This document shows positions 41,201 through 56,200 of a stretch of 64,000 nucleotides of DNA, one piece after another. Numbering within the stretch: the first letter of the stretch is position 1; each line of letters opens with the position of its first letter. Below the pieces are notes generated by a model, which was not told where the DNA came from, made no database searches, and worked only from the letters and a program-made list of their open reading frames with translations. The position numbers and the translations under genes were made by a program. Source of the stretch: Perna viridis (lineage: Eukaryota); the NCBI GenBank assembly GCA_037379345.1, contig CM074524.1:19340750-19404749 (forward strand). Reading direction: 5' to 3'.

Positions 41201-44200
41201 TTTTTCATTAACTTGATAGGACAAAGACCCTAAAATATATGTATCATACCCTTGAGCCATGTAGGAAAAAAAAACAGTGAACACACATTACTTTGCTTTT
41301 TTCCTGTTTTCTTGTCTGAAAAGCAAAATGACTTCTTTTCAATTCCGGAAGCAGTAAACACGTACTTGACCTATAGATGGTCCACAACAATGTGTCAAAG
41401 TTTGGAAAGATTTGATCGACCTGTTCTTTCATTATCAAGTATAAAAATATGATGACAAACAGACAAACAGACAAAAATGAAGATAAATATATACCACAAT
41501 CTGACTATTAGCTCAAAAATGCAAAAAGTATATATTTTCTAAATATAAATCTGGTTCGACTTGTTATGTATATAACTGATAATGTCTTAAGATCCAAATC
41601 ATATTCCAAAGCATTGCAACCGATCATGGACACTTGCACTTTATCATGTTTATCAAGAAATCAGAATAAAGCTATGAACATATGTGACAAGAAATACCCT
41701 TGGGCTATATACCTGTAGGGGGAAAAAAGTAGAGAACCTACATTACTTTGCTTCTTCCTTATTTTTCTTTTTTGTTTTTTTTTGTCTGAAAAGCAAAATG
41801 ACTTCTTGTTAATTCCTAAAGCAGTAAACTGAACTTTATCTATAGATGATCTACAGTATTGTGACAAAGTTTGGACAGATTTGATTGACCTGTTCTTTGA
41901 TTAACTTGTATAAAAGTGAGATGGACTGTTAGACAGACAAACTGACAAAATGAGGATATGTACCATAAACTCACAATGAGCAGGAGTTTCAAAATTCAAA
42001 TAGAATGTATTTTCTAAATATAAAACTATCTGGTTTGACTTATGCATATAACAGGCATTGCCTAAAGACCCAAATCATATTCCGAAGCAATGTTTTTGAT
42101 CATGAGCAATTGCACTTTAACATGAAATCAGAATAACACTACAAACATATGTGACAAGAAATACAATGCATCATTCACATAAAAGTATATAAGCAAGACA
42201 GCCGGTGTGTTTACTGATCAATAAGATTAATAAGCTAGAAAAACCTGTGTCAAACTGTTGAATACATGATATAATCCATTATTCACTATTTTAAATTTGT
42301 TTCAATAAAATCTTGAACCAGAATAAGTGATTTTTTTTTCTATTTTATTGTACTTATCCCATATAACCTCATAAAAATCATTTCTATTTTTATCATAAAT
42401 CAATAATATTCAAGACAGAATACATCTCTCATCTAATAGTTTTATATATGCATACACACTGTGTAAAGTTAAACACTTCAATAACTTTAGTTGATCGGCT
42501 CATTATTCATGATATTGAAAGCTAAGCAAAAACAAGAAAATCCTACAAGTAGACCACTTTGCCCATGAGGCTTTGTGATGACAAAAACGTACTTCTACTT
42601 TGTTTTTGCTAAATGCAGTCAAACATAGCCTCACTTAATCCTCAACCACTCTGTAAAACACAGATCTACTCTAAAATGCAGACAAAGGAATGACACCTGT
42701 GGTATTTTTTACAATGCAAATGATATTGGTTTGCAAAAGCAAGAGCTCTTGAGGCTACTGATCAATTACTAATTGACAAATCATTTTTTTGTAACTCTAT
42801 GTACATGGAATAGGCTGTACCAAGGATTTATAAGAAGTGTCTTCAGGAGTGGCAAATCCAGGGAGGGTCAGAACACCCCCCCCCCTTTTCCACCTACCAT
42901 GTGTTGGAAAATTTTGTTAGCTTTGTACACAATTTGGGTAAATTTAAGCAAATATAAGGCTGGATCTCCTCTGCCAGTCTTTTTAACACTTTAAATAATT
43001 TTTTTAGGAAAATTTCGGTAGTTAAGAAATTGAGAACTATGCATTAAGAAAGGGTGCCCTTTTCCCTGTGTGCACAAAGGAAGAATCAGTAACATGCCAC
43101 CCAACTGTTTGACCACACAGATTGTCTACACCAGTATATTTCAGTTACTGTGCCTGTTGAATCAAAAAGACTAATGTAAACACCTATGTCAAGCTGTTGC
43201 AGGCCTTATGTATACTAATCATTAATTGTTTTGTATTTTAGATTTATAATAAGAATCTGAGATAACAACCATCAATAAGATGAACAAACAATCCTAAAGA
43301 ATTATGTATTTACCGTGTTTACATAACAATAACACCATGTACATTGTATCAAAGGGCAGCATGAATGGGCGTTAAAATTTACTGTAGAAATACTTATATA
43401 CATGGGGAATCAATTTCACCGTTTAGGTTGATAAGATAAGGAATACAGACAGACGCAGCTGTATACTCTTGAAAAAATGCATCATGATTATCCAAACAAT
43501 TGCACTGACTATGTTTTTTCTGAAAATTTCAAATATTAATAGCAGATCATAGCAGATCCAATCCTCATCTTCAACCTATATTCCAAAAACATGATATATA
43601 AACCACATTACCTTTGTATTGAAATTTGAAATGTTCATGACAATTAACACTTCAGCAATGTAGTACATGTCACAATCACAACTGTGGGAGATAAGGACAG
43701 TGCTCTCCCTGATTATATGTATATTGCAAGTCAAATGGAATTTTTTTTTACTAAATACTAAGGTACTTTCATTTGTCTCTATCATAACTCTGAAATTTAT
43801 TCCTCTTTGTGAGAAATCCATCTTACTGTGAAAGAACTTTAATTCATGGATACCAATTTTCGTGGATTAAGGAAGAAACACAAGTTCATGGATTCTTGAA
43901 TTCGTGGTTTTGTGGTTTTCAGTACACACTTCAACGGAAATCTTCTTTTCTTTGGAACCAAATTTCATGGTTTGGCATACCCATGAAAACCACAAAAATT
44001 GGTACCCCACAAACAATAGTACTTTCACAGTAATTTTATTCATTCCTCTGTGTACAGCATATCAGCAGAGGGCAAAAACAGATGAAATCACAAACGAGCC
44101 AAGTAATACAAACAGTAATAGGCAACTGAAACCCTACTAAAGTAAAAGAATTAACTTTGGTGTTTCTGAACAGTAAGCAATTCACTTACTTTCACTAACA

Positions 44201-47200
44201 TTAACATCATATGCCATTGTAGAACTCATGTGCTCAGCATCTCTCACTGTCAACACAAACTCATATACTCTGCTACCAATATCTCCTGTTGCTATGGTAA
44301 TAGCTGCCTTGGGATCTTTGATGGTCAGCCTGTTCCCTCTGTGATAAGTATTTAAAATAGAATTGAATTACTTAAAGTTTTAACTCCCAATGAACATAGC
44401 CTTTGAAGGCCCAAACATCTTTAACAGACAGTGGAGAAACATAACTTAATTCATTTGTACAAGTATCATTAATAATGATAATGTGGTGCAAGTATAACTT
44501 AATTTTAGCAGCATTTACACATTTAATTTTAGTATCTTTGTTTCTCACATTTAATAGAGCATTAGAACTTTTGCCAATGAAAACCACAGCCATCATTTTT
44601 CTAAAATATCCCAAAACACCTAGACTTCACAAAACAACTCATCAGTCCAGTTAAAATTGGAAATCAAGTTATAGATATCCCTAATGTGTTTCATTGAAAT
44701 TTATTGTCATTTTCTATTACTTTATGGAGAACAATGTAACAATATAAAAGGAGTCTACTTACTTGGTTTGTTCCCAGTTATATTCTATAATACCCTTGTC
44801 ATCAGTACTAGTGGACCCATTCAGGACAATAGAATCCACAGGTAGGAACAAGTTCTTTGGCCCTATAACCCGGGCCACTGGAGGGTGGTTGGCATCTACA
44901 AGTGTACAAGTAATGAGAAGGCAGACAAAACAATATTCAGCTATACAGTTTACTCATACAGAGATACTCATACCTAATTATGGTAGTTCTTGAATGTACA
45001 TATGCAAACCTCCTAGAAGCTCTCTTAAGTCCTGTTACATCTTTGAACACTTGGAATAAAAATAATTAAAATCCAATCATTGATCTTTTAAAATGTAGGG
45101 TCTTCAATGCCAAGGAATGTTCTTTTTTATTTTATTGTTATTTTTAAATCCATTGGCATGTTATGTCTATCAAAAATCTATCTGAATAGACACAACTAGT
45201 GCAGTAAAAAGAGTTTTTGCATTTGGACCAGTTTTGGTGTTTTTGGTGAGTTGGATATGATCTAACAATTCAAACATTGAAAAGACCTAAAAAAAAATGT
45301 ACAAACCTTTCACACAAATATCTTGATCCTGATCATACGTGTACCCCTTGATACAGACACATTCTGTTATGTAAGATGAAAGTGTCGGTCTAACACGACA
45401 TTCCTCATTCTTTCGACAACCCGAGGGCTGACCTAGAATATTGCAACTACCTTCTGGAACTGATGGGGCACTGCCACTTGGTGAGTATTCTACAGGTTCA
45501 AAGGTGATATGTTACTTAAAATCAAACTGATTTAATGTTTTGGATACATAAAGATATCTGAATATTCCAAAAGATAATATTTAATCCAAAGGAAGCTTTG
45601 GAAGTTCTTATACTTGTAGACAACACTTTTTGGCAGAATAAAATTACAAATTGGTGAATGTATATAATAAGACTGTCTTATTCTTTGATTCAAAAGGATT
45701 AAATAATGAAGAAAAGCTCTAGAAGTTGGTTATGATGAAGCTTTCACAGTCAATTTCTGTACAATACTTTTCCTTTATAAATTGAAATAACATTTGTCCA
45801 ATCCCTTTGCTCTATATGCAATAAAATATGTTCAGTTCCTTACAAAAGTTTCCTTTTAATATAATTGGTAGGTAACACTAACAGCAAGAATATATCATAG
45901 ATATTTAAATTAATTAAAGTGACAAACCTGTACCTTTGCAGAGCCTTCTAATAGTATCAAAACTCATAAAAAGTATGCAAGTACTCACCTACATTACGAA
46001 CATTAACGAAATAAGTTTTATTAGACGTTGAAGCAGGATCCCCTGGGTCACATGATCCAGGATACGTCCTATTGCACTGGATCAAATAACACGTATCAGA
46101 CTCCAACTTTGGATTGTGGAAGAAAAATACAGCATCACAAGTGTCTTGGCTGCAACAGCTTAGAATGCATTTTGAAAGTTTAGTTGCTTTAAGGTCTTTG
46201 GAGAAGTTTCCTGCCTGGAAACCTCCCTTTGGTAAGGCACCTGGGTGTAATGCTGAGGTCACTTCTTTAGCATTAGTTGTTTTACTGCATATGTCTAGTG
46301 AACGTATACCTAAAATAATAAATCACGACATAAATTACAATGAATGTACAATGATCATACATGTTGTGAAAAAGCATTGAAAGCATTCCAAACCAGAGAC
46401 CAATTTGTATATTCACAATGTAGTTTGGCTACTTTTAGGTACACCCATACATTGCATTCATTATTAGAATTTTCTTTTTCATATTATTACCAAACTTATC
46501 ATAGTGTTAACATGAGTAAGCATCACTTTTTTCAATCATAATTACACATAAGAGGTTTTTGTTGATAATATGGTAGCTTTACCCTTATAAACAGCCACTT
46601 CACCTTCACATGCTATTTTTTTTTTAAATGTGAGTTGGGAACCCACACTTGTAAATACAAGATGAGATTTACAAGCCTTATTAAGATCAGGGACAGAAAT
46701 AAATGGTCAGTTCTCAAGAATAAAAAACTGGTTAATCATAACAACTTGATTATTCATAAATCACATCATTTTCCTGTTGAGTCATTCTCTTTTTGTTTTT
46801 TGGAAAACTTCATTCTAAGAGAAGTTTCAACCAGTTTCTTTTATGTGTTCTTAAATGAGTTCTTAATTATAAAGACTTAACTCGGAGTCTGTGGTTACTG
46901 ATTCCAAGAATTCAGTTGTACAAGAAAAAAAAAATATAACCTCAAAAAACTTTGATTTAAAAAGGTCCACAATTAAGCTACAATCCAAATTGATGGAGTA
47001 CAAAACTTGGTTTGATTTTTTAAATAAAAATATGGTATCAGCCATTAAATGTCAACTCTACTTAAAATTTGCTAATCTGATACAAATGTAACTTTTTATA
47101 TAAGAAATCCTCATCAAGATCAATAGTTGTTTTTTGTACTGCTTATTGAAGCAAAGTAGTTGAATGATTGATTAATTATTGGGGTTTAACACCCGAACAG

Positions 47201-50200
47201 CAATATTTCAGCTATATTCAGGCGATGAAGCAAAGTAGCTTTAGGGCTATATAAGTTTAATTTCCACAATAAAATGCAACTTCAAGTTATCTGAATGTAC
47301 AGTAGTTAAATTTACAAGCACAAGTCAATTCACTGACCTACAAACTAAGTAAAGTACAGCAGTTTTAGCCGATATTATACAGTGAAGAATGTCTAAACCA
47401 AACCCCATTTACACTTTACAATTAGTTCAGTTTACAAAGGTTCAAAATACATTTAATTTGATAGAGGAAAAGCCCTCATAATGGTTAGAAATGCGGATTT
47501 AACCTCTGACCTGATGCAGGTACTTGACTGGACTTTTACCTTCACTGAGTGACCATTATTTTATATATATTCTATCCCTTTGTAAAGAATAATAATAGAC
47601 AACCTGTAGGCAATCATGATCTGTAATGAGAGGTTATTAGTACAAAATGACAAAAGACATATCAGGCCAGGCGTAAAAAATATTTGTTTCCCATAGACCG
47701 AGTATTAAAAAAAGATTGGATTGGAAGGTAGGTAAATAATTTATTTTCTCTAAAATCATTCCTAGTCTGTACATTAATTTCAAAAGATTACTAGATACAT
47801 AAGTATAATATGTGTAACACAGTAATATTGTCATTATGGGTAAATTTTGTTGTTTAATGAGGAGAGGAATAAGATCAATGATAATTGCACAAATGAAACT
47901 GTTTCTAGTCAGCAGGATTTAGATTGGTCTGTCAGGCTTTGGTAAACATACTTAGTTTTAGTATTGGCCTCAGCTATTAAACACGATTTGCCTCTGTATG
48001 CCTGTTAAACTGACTGAAGTCAGATATATGTATACTTTTCTTGTATGTTTCAGAAATAATTCTAGGGGGTACTATGTTGCACACATTTACAAATGGTCGC
48101 CATATTCGATTATTTCATACCAAGCATTAGAATATAAAGGCCAGCTGAGGTGTTAATGAGTTCTACACCATACTTACAATATGTAACGTGAATTATTTCC
48201 ATTTTAATCAAATAAAAAGGTTATTTCTGCATCTGAATCCCACATGGGTAGATACTGTAAAAGTATTCATTTTAGCTGTACTAATTTTTGCTATTTTCAT
48301 GATAAATATTTAAAAATGCTGAAAATAGTACCAACAAAATTTACTTTTAACACTACATTTGTATATAATCTTAATCATTCTTTCAAACCTCAAATATTGA
48401 TATCCATGAATACTAGACAAAAATTAGAATACTAGACAAAAATTAGAAACTACAAAAAATGAATACAGATACAATATATCAGGTTACATATAACTTTACA
48501 TTTTCATAGGACGTCATATTAGAATCAAAATTTTGACTTTTTTTTTTTTGGCATTCTTTTGACCTTTTGAAATTGAAGCTCCATCAGACAAGACTGGCTC
48601 AGTCTTGCAAACACATGCATTATACATTTATTCATCTAAGATGATAGATTGTTTATGTGATAATTATGACAAACTTCGAATGTCCATAGGGACATATTAC
48701 ATGTAGCTACATTTCATAAAGAAATATTTGATCAATTGAGCATACCACTCTTTGTACTTCACCAAAACTAATATGCTATGCTAAATCTTGAACATGCTAG
48801 CAAGCTAGCTCATTTAAAAAAATGGCCTGCAGGAAGATATGGAATCCCAATTAGAGAAATAACTCAGACTCCATACCAAAAGTCATATTATTATTGTCAA
48901 ATCTACCTTCTTTGACAAGAAATGAAAGTTCTGTATCGCACGTATGAAGATTTGTTTGTAGTCTATAGTATTGTATGTATTACAAACATTCATTAGTATA
49001 TTGTAATTTCATAAATCATTACCTGTTTTAAATGTTGAGATTTTTGTCATTTTAGTGAAAGTGCAATTTGTATTTTTTCACAATTTTAGAAAAATTCAAC
49101 ATTAATTATGTTTTACAATGTGTATATTCAATAACAAGAGTAAACATGCAATCATAGTGATTAAGTATGTTGCATTTTTTTTACAAAAATAACAAATATC
49201 ATAATATTGTCAGATTTTACAGTAAACTATATTGTACTCTATTTCAGTAAATATAATACATATATGACCTATTAATAAAATTTGAATGAAACTTGAAATG
49301 TCGGTGTTCCAATTATATCCTCACTGAATTCAAGTTACTAGGCAAGGAACACTTCATAATCTCCATAACTTCCAGGTACTGATATGTAAATTCATTTCTA
49401 TAAATACTGCTGATTATTTATCCCTTATCAATATTTGTCAATATATAATATTAACTGTAAATACCAAAGCTAATTAGGTATTGATCATAATAATACAGTC
49501 ATACTTTAAATTGTTTAACAACTTTAATTCAACATTATCAATTGTGTGTAACATTAGATCCAGCACAGATATAAAGGTACTCCAATTCAAATGTTCTATA
49601 GACCTGTCAGGCTGTTCAATTTTATAAATGCAGTTTATTGATACTATGAAATGCATACAGTCACTGGTGACATGAAAAGTAGCTACCATACCCCCTTTTT
49701 TTCTCAACAAACATTAATTTCTGTTTCATTCTTCAGTCTTGGTTGCCAACATCTTCACTGAATGGCATCCATAGTCGATCGGGTGTTGATTATGCATACC
49801 ATACTCAGCAGTGAAAGATATTAGCAATAGACCTACAAACTGAGTCTATATAAAATCAAACAGGTCTATGATGAAATTGGCTCAATTTCCTTTGAAATGA
49901 ACAGTGCGGTCTATATAAAATTATGATGGGTCTATGTTGACCAAAAATTAAGTTTCTAATACTCCACACAGCCATTCTGATCAAAGAAAATTTGTAGAAG
50001 ATATAGGACTTCGGCAACTTCAAATCAGAGCCACAGGACATTTAGCTACATTTGTACATGTAGCAATGTTCTCATAGTGAAACCTTTCTTATACTTTTCT
50101 GTCTTTCATTCCAGTCTTTAGATGTTTACAAACGTAAATTCACTTTCACAAAAGAAAGAAAATGAGTCAAAGACAGAAATGGTAGAATTTCATTAGACAG

Positions 50201-53200
50201 GAAGACAGGAAGATGTTCTGAAATCAAATCCCATGATTTGGGACCAATATTTGATGCTGGATACCAAATATCAAGAGGCTGCAATTAGTAGTTGCTTAAA
50301 AAAGTGTTATGAAAATAATTCCCCCTCTATCTGCCACTCACTTCCAACCAACATTCATCATACTATAACCTGATTTTCACTATGTGAAATTCAGCCAAAA
50401 ATTCCTACTTTTATAGAAGAGTTCAATGTTCTAATGATAGAACATTTTCTAGACGTAAATGTAATTCATTCACAACAAAAAAATATTGTGTAGGTTGACA
50501 AATACTTTTTGTATGAAGAAAACAAATCTGAAACATTAAACCATTGAATCAATAAAACAAAACCAATCCATGCATCAATAAATTATGCATTGTGTAACAC
50601 AATATATCTCTTTCATTGCAGCATAACAAATCGTGTGCATAAATGCTACAAATAAATATTCAAATAATAATAGGGCTAATCTCTGGAATTTCCATTTCAG
50701 CATGTTAAACTAACATCCACAGCCAGCTGCTATACTGAAAGCATAATTTACACTAAAACTTTACCCAAGTTAATCTTATTTCCAATCAAATGATCTCAAC
50801 AACTATGGATCCTATAAAAAGAATACAATTAAAGTTTATTTTAGCCTACAAGCACATATGTCCCCCCTCCACCATTTTCCAAGGTTCAAAGGAGTATAAC
50901 TCCCAAAAAATTCAGTGGATCATGAATTCCTGGTAATATGCACAACTACAATTGTAAATATCATGTCCTAATTACCTCCTAAGGTTCATGAAATTTGATG
51001 TAGTAGTTTCTGAGGAACTATGCTTACAAAATTGTGATTGACAAACAGACGGAGAGGTAAAAAAAAATGATGATTCTCCACTGAAGTAGGAGGGGGAAAC
51101 AGACATGTAATTCAAGCTGCTATTTTCATTATTATGAACATGATATATATATATGTATATATATATATATATGACATGTACTTTGCTCTCTATACCTTCC
51201 TTGTTTGTACTTCCTTAACATATTTTCTCCCATCTGAACCTCCAAATACATGTACATGTACATATTACTCTATTTTCATTGTTTATACTACTTCAACCCT
51301 CTTATTCCCATCGACAAAGCATGTATTACTGTGAACATACTTTTTATTTGTGGGTTCCATTTTTCATGGTTTGGGAAAAAATATCAATTGTAGATTCATT
51401 CTTGGATTTGAAAAGTCCATCATACAAATGCATGGGCATTTTCCTTTTTGTTGGGAACCATATTTCATGGTTTACAGAATCCACTAAAACCATGAAAATT
51501 GGTACCTTGTGAACAATGATTAATTTCACAGTACTTTATATTCCTTCTTCATACTCCCCCAACCTGTTTCTCCCCATCTATTCCACTGAATACCTGCATT
51601 ATCACATTACTCTTCAGTTTTCCCTAACCAACTTAGGAGTCCTTTTCATTTCCCTTGTAGTTGTACATCTTTCATTTCTTCTCACCGTCCTCATTACTTG
51701 TTTATTTCTATTACAAATAATGCTTTTGTAATAAAACCTTCAAACCATTCATAAATACAAACAGAAAAACCAAAAAATTTGTGAATGAAGTCAAGATGAA
51801 TTTCAATCTAATATCTGATGGATGCAACAAATCCACCACCATTACTGCACAATTACATCAGAAAACTACCAGATAACACTATATAAGTGGCAGAGAAACA
51901 TTCCTTGATTGACATTTTGACAGGTTAAGTGCATTTTATGGATCTTTAAGTGAAAATTTTCTTGCAATATTTTCAATATAAATGCTTCATGATTCCTCAT
52001 GGGGTTTGATATTAGGCAAGAAAGGAACCTCAATTAATTGAATTATAAATAGTTTTTGACACCAATATATTCAATTACAAATATGTCCAAAAGACTAGCA
52101 TAGAAATTAACAACTGCAGCACTGCAATGAAATCCTTATCCTCAATCATTAATAAAGCATTCATGACATCCATGATAATAGCACTGTACATTATCTTTCA
52201 TTCCTTGATATCTTTTTTTTGTTCTAATTTCTGTAGTTTGTACATATTGGAGAATTTCAATTTGGCAGGAAAATTAAAATAAGGGATTTAATAAAGTATT
52301 TTCATAAAACAACGTAGAATAAAAAAAAAGAAATAAAAATAATAAGAAACTAAGGGCAGATGCAACTACAAGTAAAATTCAAATTTTCTAAAAAGAAGGT
52401 ACATGTAAGGAGAGAGTATTCATAAAGTACTAAAAATCTATCATTTGGAAGTATTAAAAATTAAATCAAAATTAATAGTCCTTTCACCTAACAAACAAGC
52501 TCTCTTCAGGGTTGGTTTCCCTAAAATCTATCAGAGAAAACTACAGTGGGATTTTTTTTTTTTTTGCAGACACTTGCATTTTTTACATAAAAATCTCTTT
52601 TTTTTAAATATTGTAATGTTGACCTTTAATCAACTGACCTACATGTAAATGTAACATCCATTCAAAGGGTGAAAGTGTGAAGTTAGAAGCTTAGGTTAAC
52701 AGAGTGAAGACAAAAGGAAGACTGAGGGAAGGAAAAACAAAAAGAACACAAATCTTTCTGAAAATATATCAGTGATTTTCCTATAGTTTTGAGGAAGTGG
52801 CCCAAGGCAAAAGCAATTGGGAAAAAGGGTGTGAAAATTGTAAATCTGGAAAATAATCTATATGCATGAAGGCAAAAATTATTTTTGCAGTATTTAAAGA
52901 CAATTTCTGATTAAAATCCTTTACCATTACAGTTTCCATTTTATTGAAGTCCACAAGAACCATAAATTAGATGCAGCAGAGTGGAGAGAGATTCTGTACA
53001 TCTTACAAATATCACACACAAATTTTGAGACGCTGAAATTGGGAAATTAGGTCCCAAAATAAAGGTGGGAACAGTCTTCGAATTTAACCAGGGGCCAGGT
53101 AAACCAGGCCCCTAAAATCTGCCTCGGCCCCACTGGAAAATCACTGTATATATAAGTACATGTATATTCTATTACATGTTTGTTGTTGAACTGATGGCCT

Positions 53201-56200
53201 AGTTAAATAAGACCACTCTCTATATTATAGAAATTTACTATCAATATAAGTTTTCTTATCATGCAAGCATTTTCTTGAAATTTATCATTCATACATACAG
53301 GTAAATCTTCTAGATCAATATCAGTTTCATAGCTATAACTTCCATAAATTTTATGATAAGTTCCTGTACATTTATGTCTGAGCTACATGTAAATGTTTAA
53401 AAATGGGACTTTACAAGAATGTTGTACCAAGTATTATGTAATTCTCATTCAACTGCTTAGGGTTTCCTGTACATGTAACAGTGTTAAAGTCCCTAGTTGT
53501 ATAATAAATACATATATATAATTGGATGAAGACACATATTTCTATCATATGAAAAATATATAGTGCAAAATAGCCACACTTTTTCTCTTTTGTCTGTGTT
53601 GGCAGTTGGTGTCTTCCTCTCGGTGCTATTGGTCCCTGATAAAGACTGTAAGGCCAAAAATTAAGGCCAAAAATTTGGGCCTCCCTTTCTTTGTTTGATA
53701 TTTTATATATATTTAGTTCTATTTTACCTTTTATTTGTGGCTATAAAGATTATAGAATGTCATTTAGGATATCAAATAAATGGTCTATAAAAATTTAAAC
53801 GTAAAGAAATGCTGAAAATGGTCTATTATCAAAATAATCTTCCCCAACCACTGCAAGGTTGCCATGATCGGTCATCACCATAAAATGATGTCAAATATGG
53901 GTAAGCTTATTCTTGGGCTTCTGAAATTGTCCATGTTATGTAGATCTATCTGGGGCCTTGTATGATAAACAAAGATTGTTTTTCCTTGGCCTGTGATCTT
54001 CTGGAAGCTTTCAATTTTGAAATTGGACATTACATGTAGGTCTGACAGAATTTCTAATTTTCATGAACCAAAACAAGGTTTTTATGTGGTCCATATCCCA
54101 TGAGCCAGCACTCCACAGTATTGTAGAGCTGCCTAATTTTGGTCTTGTAATCTGATGCTTTGTAACATTTATCACTTTAAAAAATTGTCAAGCATCTGTA
54201 AATCTATATATCTAGAAATAGCTCAAGCCAAGGCCTTCAGGATGCAGTAAAAATTTTCTGGAAAAAAATTACCCACAGCATATAGGGTTACCATAGAAAC
54301 CATGCAAAAATATGCGAAAATTTGCAAAAAAGTTCATAAAATCAGGTTTAAAAATATCAAATTTCCCGCAAAATATCTGAAATTTTTATTTCAATCCCTG
54401 AAACTGTTCAAACTTTTCCCTTCAAAAACCCCTTCCTCATATGGGCATCGCCGGTTAAATTTTGAGCTATTTCACTTTGTAATCCACTTATTAAATTTAG
54501 CATGGTAAAAAATTGACTTACTTTCACTTTCACAATGAAGTCAAATTGTCATTGAAAAAAGGCCCCTTCAACATTGAAAATATATAAAACATTGCAAAAT
54601 ACTTTTAAAAGTCCCCTTTTTTCAGAAAATGTTTTATCAACAATAGATTCTTCATTTTTAATCACTATAGCAACCACCGGTTTCCATTTATGTCATTTTT
54701 CATCCCTAGCCAAAAGTGCGAAACTAAACTAAACTGTGGAGTGCTGGCTGAAAGTACTATTAACTCAAAAGCAATTTCTGAAATTTGGTCCAGAATTTTA
54801 GACATTCTAGACCCATTTCTAGAATAGAAATGACAGAGTACATTTTTACTGGAATTTTGACTGTTGGTCCAATAATTTTCACATTAATTATGGTAAATGC
54901 CATTAAAAGTCAACATAATCAACAGTGTACATGTATATCAATTCAACTTTAACCTATACTGAGCTACATCATGAGGTGTCTCTTAAAATTTGAAGTCACT
55001 CAAAACAGTTACTTATATTGACAATAAAATGATGATTATTGGTTAGCACATAGAAGACAGTGGATATTGCTTTTTCATGTCACTGGACAGAAAACAACTG
55101 GATCAATTAGCCAAGGCTTTTATTGCCATGATAAGTTTATGGTTTCTCCATTAAAGCTTACTGCATTATAGTATTAGTGCCACTCAGATTATTTTCTATA
55201 TAAGTTATCATGCTGCATCAAATAACAATACCATAATGTGTAATTACAGCATCCATAGCATTATAGCAAATGTAACCAGAATGGATATGGTAAACCTGGT
55301 AAATATGTCAAAGAATAAACATCCCCACCAGATTGAAAAATGTATGACAAGAGGTTTTGAATGAAATTCTAAATTCATCTGTCCAAATACAAAGTACAGC
55401 CTCATTTGTACATATGTATATCTACATCTAGATGTTCTAATATCAAAAACCATGTTAAGGCTTCCACAAAACCTGTATAAACAAGCTTGTAAGAACAGCA
55501 GATGATACATGTACATGTATGCACTTGAAATATGTTATGGTCTTAAGGTAAAATGTGTATAATAATAAAAATGTACAACAGGGGTTCAAATTATTGGTGG
55601 TCCAAGGAGAAGGGCCTTCAATTTCTGATCTACATGAAAGACATTCAAGATTGATTTTACCTACACTGTTTGTAGACCCTAGACCTTGAACTCTTTTTAT
55701 TTCCCTTTATTGAGGACTTTTGGTGTTCCTGAAGTGGACCATTGATTTCAAACTTGGGGAAAGTTCAGGACCTTCCACTTTTGAAATTAAATTTGAACCC
55801 CCTATAAATAAACAAGTCTTTAATTGATGAATATAGTCAGGTAACAATTTGACATTTGAATGCATCACTTAAATTCAGGCTGGTAATTTGGTCTTCTAGG
55901 ATTGCATGCCTTTACGTAAAAAAATATGTCTGATATCAAATTTGCATTAGAGCAATTAAAATTCATAGCCATAAGATAGGTACATGTATACACTTATAGA
56001 GTCTATTTTCAGCCATTTTCCAACCCTTCATTCTGGTCCCAATTTGGACCTTTTTCAAGTGAGGAAAATACTCAAATTTTCTCAAATTTCAGCAGAGTGA
56101 TTCAAAATTCTGACTTAAAGCATTGTCACAAAGATATATACATGTACATGATTAAAATGGATACATGTACATGTATTTGAGAGATAAATACATGATCCTC

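Noticed and set aside
44190-46309. A second, separate KIAA0319-like paralog or pseudogene
   Set aside because: Only one MANSC and one TM/tail set exist in the window, and all exons splice in frame into a single CDS. An assembly duplication is also unlikely given ~23% aa divergence and dissimilar introns.
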